Positions 9,965-18,541 of a DNA stretch of 64,000 nucleotides are shown piece by piece. The position numbers and the translations under genes are program-made. This DNA comes from Roseibacillus sp. (GTDB taxonomy: Bacteria > Verrucomicrobiota > Verrucomicrobiia > Verrucomicrobiales > Akkermansiaceae). Below the pieces are notes generated by a model. That model saw nothing but the letters and a program-made list of their open reading frames with translations. It ran no database searches and was not told the origin of the DNA. The stretch is from NCBI GenBank assembly GCA_965242925.1, contig CBDEUM010000034.1, positions 224,001-288,000 of the forward strand. The letters are read 5' to 3'. Numbering within the stretch: position 1 is the first letter of the stretch; every line of letters begins with the position of its first letter.

Positions 9965-11044
9965 TCAGGAAGAAAGGTTGGCCAGGATCTGATCGGTCAG
10001 CGCCTTCACCACTTCCTCCGCTTCCCCATTCAGTTCACTGCCAACCGGGACCGTCGCGTGGGCACCATCAGGCACGGAGCAAACCGCTCCAGGTCGGAAC
10101 TCGGAATTGTCGCAGAGTTCGCACTCCTTCCAGTTCGCCCGCTTGTCATCCATTCCCAGCGAGGCGCGCAGATCTATCAACTCCTTGGCCTGGCCGCCCG
10201 TGATGGTAAGCAGATCCGCCCCCTTGAGCTGAGTGGCCAACAAGACGGTCTGGCAATAGGCATCCGTGTTCTCCATCTTCCAGTAGGAATCCTCTATATC
10301 CTTGCCCCATGTGATAACGCCGTGGTTGATCATGAGAACCGACATGTGCTCGATCGCAGCCTCACCCACCGCCTTGGCATTGGCTGGCGTGCCGGGTGTC
10401 TGGTACTCCGCCATTCCGATCTCACCGAGGAATACTTCTGCTTCCGGGATCATGCAGGTGGGCGGACGGACTCCTGCCACCGCAAAAGCCGTCGCATGTG
10501 GCGGATGCGCGTGACAGCAGGCTTTCGCCTTGGGCTGCCTCTTCATGATCGCTATGTGCGTCAGGCATTCACTCGTCCGCCGCCGCGAACCCGCCAGTTG
10601 ATTGCCATCGAGATCGATGAGAGCCATGTCCTCAGGCTGCATGAAACCTTTTGAGATCAGGGTCGGGGTGCAGAGCACGAGATTGTCTCCCACCCGGATA
10701 GTGAGATTGCCTCCGTTGCCATCAGTGTAGTTCTTCGTCCACATCCGATCGCCGATTGCGACCATCCGTCGCTTGAGGGTTTCGATTTCCGACGAGTGAA
10801 AGAACTTCGCGATCTCCTCCGGAGACTGCGGATCGCGGCCCGGTTCCCAACGGAACTCGTAGTCAGGGACACTCGGTTCCCCCCGAACTGCTGCCCCGGT
10901 CACAACCCGCTTGCGCCTGGTCCGCGCTTCCTTGATTGCATCCTTGGCCGTCGGGGTCAGGAGCACCCCGGCGGGAATCGAATCCAAGCCCCTGCCCTCC
11001 CGCAGAAGGGCCTCCACATCGCGTCCAGTGATTACTTTCTTCAT
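9965..11044 (-). CDS. BMC-associated class II aldolase (fuculose/rhamnulose-1-phosphate aldolase type)
   Basis: GNGGNLT, TPT..SKGF, RTSE, Zn ligands HAH and NHG; C-terminal amphipathic helix resembling an encapsulation peptide; lies in the BMC operon. Confidence 0.9.
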   Translation of the reverse strand: MKKVITGRDVEALLREGRGLDSIPAGVLLTPTAKDAIKEARTRRKRVVTGAAVRGEPSVPDYEFRWEPGRDPQSPEEIAKFFHSSEIETLKRRMVAIGDRMWTKNYTDGNGGNLTIRVGDNLVLCTPTLISKGFMQPEDMALIDLDGNQLAGSRRRTSECLTHIAIMKRQPKAKACCHAHPPHATAFAVAGVRPPTCMIPEAEVFLGEIGMAEYQTPGTPANAKAVGEAAIEHMSVLMINHGVITWGKDIEDSYWKMENTDAYCQTVLLATQLKGADLLTITGGQAKELIDLRASLGMDDKRANWKECELCDNSEFRPGAVCSVPDGAHATVPVGSELNGEAEEVVKALTDQILANLSS

Positions 11045-11056
11045 CAGGCTGAGTTC

Positions 11057-11377
11057 CTAGTCGTCGTCGTCCTCGGGAGGAAAGGGGTGATGATCGATCT
11101 GATCGAAAATGGCCACCGTGATGGCATCAACAGGAGTCGGCCCATCAAAGGGAGCCGTCGCTTCGGCGCCCTCCACAAATCCCACGATATCCGATGCCCC
11201 GGCTCCCAGGTTGTCGTATACCACCAGGGAGGGAAACCGGGTCAGTCCCGGTTCGATATCGCAGGCCGTATTCAACTGCTCCGCCTCCAGGGGATTGACC
11301 AACAACCAGCGCGCCGCCGTGAAGGCAGGTTCCTGCACGCTCATGGTGACCTTTCCGATGACCTGTCCAATCCGCAT
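11057..11377 (-). CDS. BMC vertex (pentamer) protein, EutN/CcmL family
   Basis: MRIGQVIGKV...VVYDNLGAG...EGAEA...PVDAITVAIFD. Confidence 0.9.
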   Translation of the reverse strand: MRIGQVIGKVTMSVQEPAFTAARWLLVNPLEAEQLNTACDIEPGLTRFPSLVVYDNLGAGASDIVGFVEGAEATAPFDGPTPVDAITVAIFDQIDHHPFPPEDDDD

Positions 11378-11379
11378 GA

Positions 11380-11640
11380 CTAGTCGTCTATTACTCCCTG
11401 AATATAATTACGCACGGGCGAATCCTCGTCGTTCACGATCCCCCTCGCCCCAATACCGTCGGTGCTCACAAAGACTCGCTGGTGCACACCCGCTCCAAAC
11501 AGATCGATTGCCACAAAGGGAGGATCGCCGAGAGGCGTGCCGTCCGCATCCTCCTGCTGGCACAGCAGCATCTTGAAGCCATCCAGACTTGCGTGACTGT
11601 GCGTCGCAACCGCTCTTCCAACTATCCGGCATAACAACAT
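11380..11640 (-). CDS. BMC vertex (pentamer) protein, EutN/CcmL family
   Basis: IVGRAVAT..H.SL.G.K...VAIDLFGAG...SP....IQGVID. Confidence 0.9.
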   Translation of the reverse strand: MLLCRIVGRAVATHSHASLDGFKMLLCQQEDADGTPLGDPPFVAIDLFGAGVHQRVFVSTDGIGARGIVNDEDSPVRNYIQGVIDD

Positions 11641-11647
11641 GGCTCTC

Positions 11648-13162
11648 TTAGACAATTCGGAGATTTTCCACCATCACGCAACGACGCACGCGGGTGAACG
11701 TCTTCGGGGTGGTGATTCCCTCGCCGGTGGTAGTCGCCACCGAGTAGCTCAGATAGCCCTCCCCCCCCAATCCCAAGCCGGCCACACAGGGCCCATTCTT
11801 CACATAAATCGTAGTGTCCATCTCCCGACCCATGTGCGTCATGTTACTCACGTTCGTGGAGTGAATGATGGCAGAATGCCGGTATCCGTGTTCCGCCTCC
11901 TTGGCCTGCTGCACCGCGGTTTCAAAATCCGGTGCCGAGATGACGGGCACTAACGGCATCATCTGTTCCTCCTGCACGTAGGGGTGCCCCGCATCCGTCT
12001 CAGCAAAGAGAAGCTCGCAACCATCGGCAATGCGCGCTCCTGCCGCCTTCGCAAGGGTCTCAGGACTGGCTCCCACATAGTCACGATTCACCACCGCATG
12101 CGAGCAACCTCCGTCCTCCTCCCTGTAGGTGAACGCCGCCTTGCTCAGGCGTTCCAACTGCTGATTGTTCAACCTGCCCGCACCCGCACGCTCCATGGAC
12201 TCAAGGAATTCCCTGTAAACAGAACGTACTACAAAGACCGCCTTTTCCCCGATACACAGCAGATTGTTATCGAAGGCCCCGCCTTCGACTATGTTCCGCG
12301 CAGCCCGGTTCAGATCCGCAGTTTCATCGACAACAACCACCGGATTACCAGGCCCTGCGCAGATGGAACGCTTCCCCGACTGCATGGCCGCCTTCACTAC
12401 CGCGGGCCCCCCAGTCACGGCCATGATCGCAATCAACTCATGCTTCGAGATCTTTTCGAACGTTTCGAGAGTAGGGTTCTCAATCACGCAGATGAGATTC
12501 TCAATGCCCAACTCGCGCTCAATGGCCTTGTTGTATTCGCGAGCCGCCATCACGGCGCTCCTGGCTCCACCGGGATGCGGGTTGAAGACCACCGCGTTTC
12601 CCGCCGCAACCATGTTGATAACATTTCCCGTCAAGGTGGGAACCGAGTGGGTCACGGGAAGGATTGCGCCCACAACCCCAAAGGGGGCATACTCTTCAAG
12701 CGTGATTCCGTCATCACCGCTGAGAGCGTAGGGCCGAAGCCACTCAACCCCCGGCACCTTGTTCATGATTTCCAGTTTGGCAATCTTGTGATCGAGGCGC
12801 CCGATCCTGGTCTCGTTCAGCTCAAATGCTCCCCATGACTCGGTATTGGCCGAGCAGATGCCCTTTACGATCTCAATCACCCGCGAGCGCCCTTCCAGGC
12901 CGAGGTTCTTCAGTTGCAGGAACGCATCATGGGCTGCGTTGGCCGCACTGTTGACGCAACCGAAGATTCCATGCCCCCCCTGCCCATTTCCGGTCGCGGA
13001 TCGGCAAGCGCATTCCTTCTCCGTCGGAGCAGGTGCGGGAGTCGCCAAGGGCGCCCGGTCCGACACCTTGACGGGAACGGGATCAGTGGGCGAAACCGCT
13101 CTCCCAAGGTCCGCCATGACTTTCTCCACCACCCCGCGCAGGGCTTCCTGATCAATATTCAT
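11648..13162 (-). CDS. CoA-acylating aldehyde dehydrogenase (PduP/EutE family)
   Basis: PFGVVGAILPVTH, TGGPAVV, AGPGNP, FDNNLLCIGEK, EQMMP, TTTGEGIT; N-terminal encapsulation-peptide-like helix. Confidence 0.93.
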   Translation of the reverse strand: MNIDQEALRGVVEKVMADLGRAVSPTDPVPVKVSDRAPLATPAPAPTEKECACRSATGNGQGGHGIFGCVNSAANAAHDAFLQLKNLGLEGRSRVIEIVKGICSANTESWGAFELNETRIGRLDHKIAKLEIMNKVPGVEWLRPYALSGDDGITLEEYAPFGVVGAILPVTHSVPTLTGNVINMVAAGNAVVFNPHPGGARSAVMAAREYNKAIERELGIENLICVIENPTLETFEKISKHELIAIMAVTGGPAVVKAAMQSGKRSICAGPGNPVVVVDETADLNRAARNIVEGGAFDNNLLCIGEKAVFVVRSVYREFLESMERAGAGRLNNQQLERLSKAAFTYREEDGGCSHAVVNRDYVGASPETLAKAAGARIADGCELLFAETDAGHPYVQEEQMMPLVPVISAPDFETAVQQAKEAEHGYRHSAIIHSTNVSNMTHMGREMDTTIYVKNGPCVAGLGLGGEGYLSYSVATTTGEGITTPKTFTRVRRCVMVENLRIV

Positions 13163-13199
13163 CGTTCATGCCTCCCTTTCTGTCATCCGCATCCTCTAC

Positions 13200-13508
13200 T
13201 CACGAGGAGCTATAGACCTTCTTGCCGAGCACATCGACGCTGTCCACAATGGCAACCACCGCGGCATCGACGGGGATCTTCTTCAACCCGCCGGCCTGCC
13301 GGGCGGAACTGCCCTGGCAGAACATCACGAGTTCTCCCTCTCCTGCTCCCACGGTATCAACCGCGACGATGGTATTTATCCCATCACGGAACCTGGAGGG
13401 ATCGGATTCATCCACCAGCTTGGGACGCACAAGCAGGAGCTTGCGCCCCAGCATGCTGTCGTCCTTCTTGGTGGCCACTACCTGGCCGATAACCTCTGCC
13501 AAAAACAT
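13200..13508 (-). CDS. BMC vertex (pentamer) protein, EutN/CcmL family
   Basis: MFLAEVIGQVVATKK...VAVDTVGAGEGE...GSSAR...PVDAAVVAIVD. Confidence 0.94.
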   Translation of the reverse strand: MFLAEVIGQVVATKKDDSMLGRKLLLVRPKLVDESDPSRFRDGINTIVAVDTVGAGEGELVMFCQGSSARQAGGLKKIPVDAAVVAIVDSVDVLGKKVYSSS

Positions 13509-13529
13509 CGCTCCGTTTACGGGTTTCGC

Positions 13530-13829
13530 TTACTTGTCGCCGGTGGCGTTGCTCTTACCGGTAATCACCTGTTGAGTCGCCTCGTCCGGATGGGCGATCA
13601 CGTGCGCGCTCACCACTTCACCCAGACTGGCGGCAGTGTCCGCTCCAGCATCAATCGCTGCCTTCACTGCTGCCACGTCACCGGTGACCACTGCGTTACA
13701 GAGTCCGCTGCCGACGTTCTTCATCGGTCCGGTCAACTGCACATCGGCGGCTTTGAGTGCCGCATCTATACCGCTCACGAGACAGCACAATCCGCGCGTC
13801 TCTAGAAGTCCTACTGCTTGTTTTGCCAT
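13530..13829 (-). CDS. BMC shell hexamer protein (BMC-H)
   Basis: AVGLLETRG, DAALKAADV, GDVAAVKAA. Confidence 0.92.
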   Translation of the reverse strand: MAKQAVGLLETRGLCCLVSGIDAALKAADVQLTGPMKNVGSGLCNAVVTGDVAAVKAAIDAGADTAASLGEVVSAHVIAHPDEATQQVITGKSNATGDK

Positions 13830-13847
13830 GGTTCTTTTGTTCGTTGA

Positions 13848-15026
13848 TTAATTTAAAGATGAAACCTTCCGGTATACCTCGCGCGCCAGCACCAGTTCCT
13901 CATTGGCCGGAACCACATAGATCTTCACTTCCGCACCAACCCCGCTGATCTCCCCCTCTTCTCCCCTCACTCCTTCGTTGCGGACCGGATCAAGAATGAT
14001 CCCGAACTCCTCCAGACCCGCGCAGACCTCCTCCCGTAGCCACGGGTTGTTCTCTCCAATCCCCGCGGTGAAGACCAGGCCCTCCAGACCTCCGAGATCG
14101 AAGAGAAAGGATGACGCCCAGCGCCGGATCTCGTGCACAAAAACATCCACCGCCAGTTGGGCATCCTCATTCCCCTCCAGGGCGGCCGCCCGCACATCTC
14201 GCATGTCGTTGCCGACCCCCGACACTCCGAGCAGACCACTCTCTGCGGTCAACTGCCGCTCCGCCTCCGTCATGCTCAGTCCGAGGGTCCTGGCAGCATG
14301 AGGAATGGCGCCGGAATCCAGATCACCAACCCGGTTGTTCTGCGGCAGCCCGCTCTGGGGCGAAAAACCCATGCTGGTTCCCACCGCCACCCCATTGCGA
14401 ATACCGGTCACCGAACTGCTTCCGCCCAGGTGACAGGAGATGACCCGCAGCGGTCTTTCTACCCGACCAGGACCGTTCTGATAAAGCCCGCGCACCTCTG
14501 TTGCGACATCCTCACGCGCTAACAGCTCCGCGGAACGCTCGGCAATATACTTGTGGCTGGCGCCATGGAATCCGTAGCGACGGATTCCCGCTTCATGCCA
14601 TGCTCTCGGGACTGCGTAACGCGTCCCGGCCTCCGGCACCCACTGATAGAAGGCCGTCTCAAAGAGCGCTACCCGGCGCGCTCCGGGCAGAATCTTCCTA
14701 AACTGGCGAATCCCCGCGGCATACGCTGGATTATGAGCAGGGGCCACGTCCGAGAAACCTTCCAAGGCCGCCAGCACCTCATCACCGGCCTCCACGCAGC
14801 CACTCAGGTTGCGACCCAGGACCGTCTTGAATCCCACTGCCGCAATATCTTCCTGCGCCGCCACTCCCTCCCGTTCAAGACCTTCGAGAGCATCCCGAAT
14901 CACTTCCCCGTAGTCAGTCACCCGCTCGTAGCCTCCCTCGGCCAACAGGCATTCCCCTCCCTCTTCCATCTCAAAGAGACGAAATTTAAAGGAGGTGGAT
15001 CCCAGGTTGGCCACGAGAATCTTCAC
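13848..15026 (-). CDS. ackA: Acetate/propionate-family kinase (likely lactyl-phosphate to lactate)
   Basis: NLGSTSFKF, APAHNP, RRYGFHGASH, HLGGSSS, FTAGIGEN, NEELVLA. Confidence 0.9.
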   Translation of the reverse strand: MKILVANLGSTSFKFRLFEMEEGGECLLAEGGYERVTDYGEVIRDALEGLEREGVAAQEDIAAVGFKTVLGRNLSGCVEAGDEVLAALEGFSDVAPAHNPAYAAGIRQFRKILPGARRVALFETAFYQWVPEAGTRYAVPRAWHEAGIRRYGFHGASHKYIAERSAELLAREDVATEVRGLYQNGPGRVERPLRVISCHLGGSSSVTGIRNGVAVGTSMGFSPQSGLPQNNRVGDLDSGAIPHAARTLGLSMTEAERQLTAESGLLGVSGVGNDMRDVRAAALEGNEDAQLAVDVFVHEIRRWASSFLFDLGGLEGLVFTAGIGENNPWLREEVCAGLEEFGIILDPVRNEGVRGEEGEISGVGAEVKIYVVPANEELVLAREVYRKVSSLN

Positions 15027-15046
15027 GTTGAAAGTGCGTTCAGGAA

Positions 15047-15322
15047 TTACATCTCAACCAGACCGGCGAGATCTTCGTGGGGGCGGGGAATCACCTGGGT
15101 CGCAGTGACTTCCCCTACCTGGGAAGCCGCTTCGGCTCCAGCATCGACCCCGGCCTTCACCGCGGCCACGTCTCCCGAATAAAATCCGGTCACCATGCCG
15201 GCTCCTATCTTGGCCCAACCCAGCATCGTGATATCCGCTGCCTTGAGAGCGGCGTCCGACGCCTCCAACAGGGAAACCAGTCCCCGTGTTTCGATGATTC
15301 CTACTGCTTGTTTCGACATCAT
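15047..15322 (-). CDS. BMC shell hexamer protein (BMC-H)
   Basis: AVGIIETRG, DAALKAA, GDVAAVKA, VIPRPH. Confidence 0.94.
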   Translation of the reverse strand: MMSKQAVGIIETRGLVSLLEASDAALKAADITMLGWAKIGAGMVTGFYSGDVAAVKAGVDAGAEAASQVGEVTATQVIPRPHEDLAGLVEM

Positions 15323-15347
15323 TCTTTAGTGGTTGAAGTTTTGTCTG

Positions 15348-15620
15348 CTACGCCAGATCAAAGCGCTTCAGGAGATCCGCGTGAGGCCGTGGAATAACGT
15401 GAGAACTCACCAGTTCCCCCACCCTGTCGGCGGCTTCCGCCCCGGCATCCACCGCAGCTTTGACGCTTCCCACATCTCCCCGGACCAGCATGGTGAGGTA
15501 TCCCCCTCCAATCTGCACCTGCTTCACAAGGCCTACATCAGCCGCTTTGGCCATTGCGTCAGCAGCCTCCACATTTCCCACGTAGCCTTTCGTTTCAATT
15601 AATCCCAGAGCCTGTCTCAT
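15348..15620 (-). CDS. BMC shell hexamer protein (BMC-H)
   Basis: ALGLIETKG, EAADAMAKAADV, RGDVGSVKAA, HVIPRPH. Confidence 0.95.
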   Translation of the reverse strand: MRQALGLIETKGYVGNVEAADAMAKAADVGLVKQVQIGGGYLTMLVRGDVGSVKAAVDAGAEAADRVGELVSSHVIPRPHADLLKRFDLA

Positions 15621-15648
15621 CTTCTTGTCATTTTTTTTGTTAGAGTCC

Positions 15649-16335
15649 TTATTTCCCTGCCGGCTTGACCAGTTCGCAATATGTGTCCGGCTTCAACCCG
15701 CAGGCATTCCCCTCGTCGGTGTCGATATGCACTTCCAGTTTGAAGCTCTCGTCCACCCTCACCACGATATTGTCAAAGGTCACCGGACATTCTCCATGCA
15801 CCTTCATCTTCATGACATCCTTGTGCCGCACTCCATAATAGGAGGCATCGTCGGGAGCCATGTGTACATGGGGTGCCGCACGAATCACTCCCTGGGGCAT
15901 CTCGAAGAATCCCTTCGGCCCCATCAACATGCAGCCCGGGGTCCCCTCAATATCGCCTGACAGACGAAACGGAACCTGAAATCCCAGAGCAATGGCATCG
16001 GTGTAGGCCAACTCAACCTGGTTGAAGTCGCGGCAGGGCCCCAGGATGCGCAGGTTTGAAATAACCCGGCTACGCGGACCAACCAGCGTCACGGTCTCCT
16101 TCGCGCCATAGGCCCCCCCTTGGTAGAGTTCCTTCATGGGTGTCAGGGCGTAGTCCCGGCCAAAGAGCTGCTCCACCGCCTGCGGGGAGAGATGGCAATG
16201 CCGGGCACTCACGTTGACCACCAGACCACTGGGCGCCTGCGCAGAGGATGGCAGGGGCAGGTGCATCTTGGCATAGACCTGCTCTCGCACGAGGTGCTCC
16301 ACCACCCCTCGGGGAATATTGGGTTTTATCGCCAT
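15649..16335 (-). CDS. pduL: Phosphate propanoyltransferase (PduL-type phosphotransacylase)
   Basis: VSARHCHL, RILGP, RLSGDI.GTPG, HVHM, HIDTDEGNA; start placed at MAIKP. Confidence 0.93.
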   Translation of the reverse strand: MAIKPNIPRGVVEHLVREQVYAKMHLPLPSSAQAPSGLVVNVSARHCHLSPQAVEQLFGRDYALTPMKELYQGGAYGAKETVTLVGPRSRVISNLRILGPCRDFNQVELAYTDAIALGFQVPFRLSGDIEGTPGCMLMGPKGFFEMPQGVIRAAPHVHMAPDDASYYGVRHKDVMKMKVHGECPVTFDNIVVRVDESFKLEVHIDTDEGNACGLKPDTYCELVKPAGK

Positions 16336-16371
16336 TTGCCCTGAATTCAACCCGTTTATCGTTGGGTTTTC

Positions 16372-16430
16372 TTGACTAGTCAATCCTTTTCAAGGATATT
16401 CCCAACAGAAACAAGATTTATCCAACAGTT
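16372..16430. promoter_or_regulatory. Divergent promoter/operator region between the BMC operon and the DeoR gene
   Basis: Perfect palindrome TTGACTAGTCAA (16372-16383), inverted repeat ATCCTT-N3-AAGGAT (16383-16397), CCAACAG repeated twice. Confidence 0.4.
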
Positions 16431-16449
16431 GTTCACACCCTTAGACGCC

Positions 16450-17208
16450 ATGTTACCTGTTGAACGTCAGAGCCTTATCCTCTCCCATCTCGCCGACTCG
16501 GAATCGGTGCGAACGATCGAACTCGCTACAATCCTCGAAGTAACTGACGAAACGGTTCGCAGGGATCTCGAAAACCTGGAGCAGCGGGGAGAACTACTCC
16601 GCATCCACGGCGGCGCAGTAAGGCCAAACCAGAGCCGCGTCGAACTAGCCCTCACAGAACGGAAGCAAGTTAACCGGGAAGCCAAAACTGCTATCGCGCG
16701 CTTTGCCGCCGAGCGCATCGAGCCGAACGACACCATCTTCATCGACGCCTCCTCCACCGCCCTCACCCTTGTTGAGCACCTGCCGAATTTCCACCTCACC
16801 GTTCTCACCAATGCCCACAATGTGATCTCCGCCCTTGCGAATCGTGATGGCATCGATCTCATCTGCACCGGAGGAATCTACGAACCACGGTCCCGCTCCT
16901 ACATCGGACTGCCGGCCGAATCGACCATGCGCAAGCACAACATCCATCGCATGTTTTTTTCCTGTAACGGAATCCACCTGGAGCGGGGTATCTCCGAAAC
17001 AAATTCCCGTCAGGCCTCCTTCAAGGAGCGCGTAATCGAATGCTCGGAGGAGGTGTGCTGCCTCGCGGACTCCACAAAGATTGGCCTCAAGTCCTCATTC
17101 TTCTTCGCTCAGATTGCGGATCTCACCACCGTGGTGACCAATGAAGACGCCGAACCCGGCTTCACCGCGGCGCTCGCCACCCAGGGCATCGAGGTCCTTC
17201 GTGCCTGA
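16450..17208 (+). CDS. DeoR/GlpR-family transcriptional regulator of the BMC locus
   Basis: ETVRRDLE..E..G.L.RIHGGA HTH, IFIDASST, LADSTKIG; divergent from pduL. Confidence 0.94.
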   Translation: MLPVERQSLILSHLADSESVRTIELATILEVTDETVRRDLENLEQRGELLRIHGGAVRPNQSRVELALTERKQVNREAKTAIARFAAERIEPNDTIFIDASSTALTLVEHLPNFHLTVLTNAHNVISALANRDGIDLICTGGIYEPRSRSYIGLPAESTMRKHNIHRMFFSCNGIHLERGISETNSRQASFKERVIECSEEVCCLADSTKIGLKSSFFFAQIADLTTVVTNEDAEPGFTAALATQGIEVLRA

Positions 17209-17227
17209 AGGATACATCTCAACCGAC

Positions 17228-17512
17228 TCAAGATACCTGGATTCGATATTGCACCCACTCCTCAAGGACCTGGCGGAATTCAGGAACCTCCACGTCACGC
17301 TCGCAGCACACAAGCATCAAGGTTCCGTCATCCTTGAAGTTTCCGTCCCAATCCAGCACCTGCTTGTCGCTCCATGAGGGTTCATACCCTGCCAGCTTTC
17401 CATCATCAATCCTCGTAATGTAGGCCCTCAAACCGATGTCCGTTTCATCGCTCGGCCGGTCTGCTGGCAGATTCTCAAAAATGCGTTTTGCTTCGTCAGA
17501 GAGAGTTGTCAT
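17228..17512 (-). CDS. Hypothetical protein (94 aa)
   Basis: ATG start, acidic globular-looking sequence, 18 bp downstream of the cytochrome gene. Confidence 0.65.
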   Translation of the reverse strand: MTTLSDEAKRIFENLPADRPSDETDIGLRAYITRIDDGKLAGYEPSWSDKQVLDWDGNFKDDGTLMLVCCERDVEVPEFRQVLEEWVQYRIQVS

Positions 17513-17530
17513 TTCTGGTCTGGATCAGAA

Positions 17531-18526
17531 TTAATAACGGCACAGAGGACTATGCACTTCATACTCCCTGGTCATCCAATTGCCACCTTTTGATTCGTGA
17601 CAGGTTCTGCAGGATTGCAGGGATTTTGGCAGTTTGCGGTGCCTGCGCGTGGAGGATCGGTGCACATCGTGGCAACTCAGGCAGGTCACCTCCTCTTTCC
17701 CGTGCACCACGACATCCCGTACGGTTTCAAGAACGTGGCGATCACCCGGGTTAAGCTTCGCAAGCGCGCTTGACTCGAACGAAACCATGAAGTCCCGGAA
17801 AAGATTGTCCCCGGGGACAAAATTGTTGGGATAGGGTAAACCCGTGCTGCGGGATTTTCCGGTACGGATATGGCATGAGGCGCAGATGGAGGTCACAACC
17901 CGCGGATGATCCTCCCCCTTCCCCGAAAGCAGCATGAGAGCTGGATCCTTGGTGTGCCCTGGATTCATTTCACCGTGACAGGAGCAACAGTCGATCGTGA
18001 TTCCCGAGAAGGCCTGTAATTCAGAATCCACCCCGGTTGCGTGGCACCCGGCACAACGTTTGCCAAATGTCGCCTTATCCCACGCCGGGGTTTCTGCTGC
18101 TACCAGTTTCCGAGTGTGGACGTTCCACCAGTGCGAGTGAATTTCGGCCTTCCCATATCCCTTTCCCTTACGCAGGAAGCGCACGACCTCCTCGCTTCCG
18201 AGAAGATACTCCGCCTTCTCTCCTTCCTGCAGATGCTTTTGCAGTGCGACCACTGGGGCCGATGTCGGTTGGAGGGGCCTCACGGTGAGATGATGCGGAT
18301 TCTTCTGCCAGTTCCCCCCCACGTTCTTGCCATGACAGAACAGGCACTCACCCCCGGTCATGTATTCCGGCACCTCGTGACCCACATGGTCTTTTCCCCA
18401 TCCTGCAGGATCCAGCTTCCTGGAAGCATCCACCTGGGCCCAGAGAACAATCTGCACGCCGAGCACACAAAGTCCCCCCACCCCCAGAATCCAACGCCAC
18501 TTCGTCAGCATGAACACCAAGATCAA
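17531..18526 (-). CDS. Multiheme cytochrome c (six CxxCH motifs)
   Basis: CLFCH, CAGCH, CCSCH, CASCH, CLSCH, CRTCH; N-terminal hydrophobic signal (start may be ATG 18511). Confidence 0.85.
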   Translation of the reverse strand: MILVFMLTKWRWILGVGGLCVLGVQIVLWAQVDASRKLDPAGWGKDHVGHEVPEYMTGGECLFCHGKNVGGNWQKNPHHLTVRPLQPTSAPVVALQKHLQEGEKAEYLLGSEEVVRFLRKGKGYGKAEIHSHWWNVHTRKLVAAETPAWDKATFGKRCAGCHATGVDSELQAFSGITIDCCSCHGEMNPGHTKDPALMLLSGKGEDHPRVVTSICASCHIRTGKSRSTGLPYPNNFVPGDNLFRDFMVSFESSALAKLNPGDRHVLETVRDVVVHGKEEVTCLSCHDVHRSSTRRHRKLPKSLQSCRTCHESKGGNWMTREYEVHSPLCRY

Positions 18527-18541
18527 GATCCCGAGACTGAA

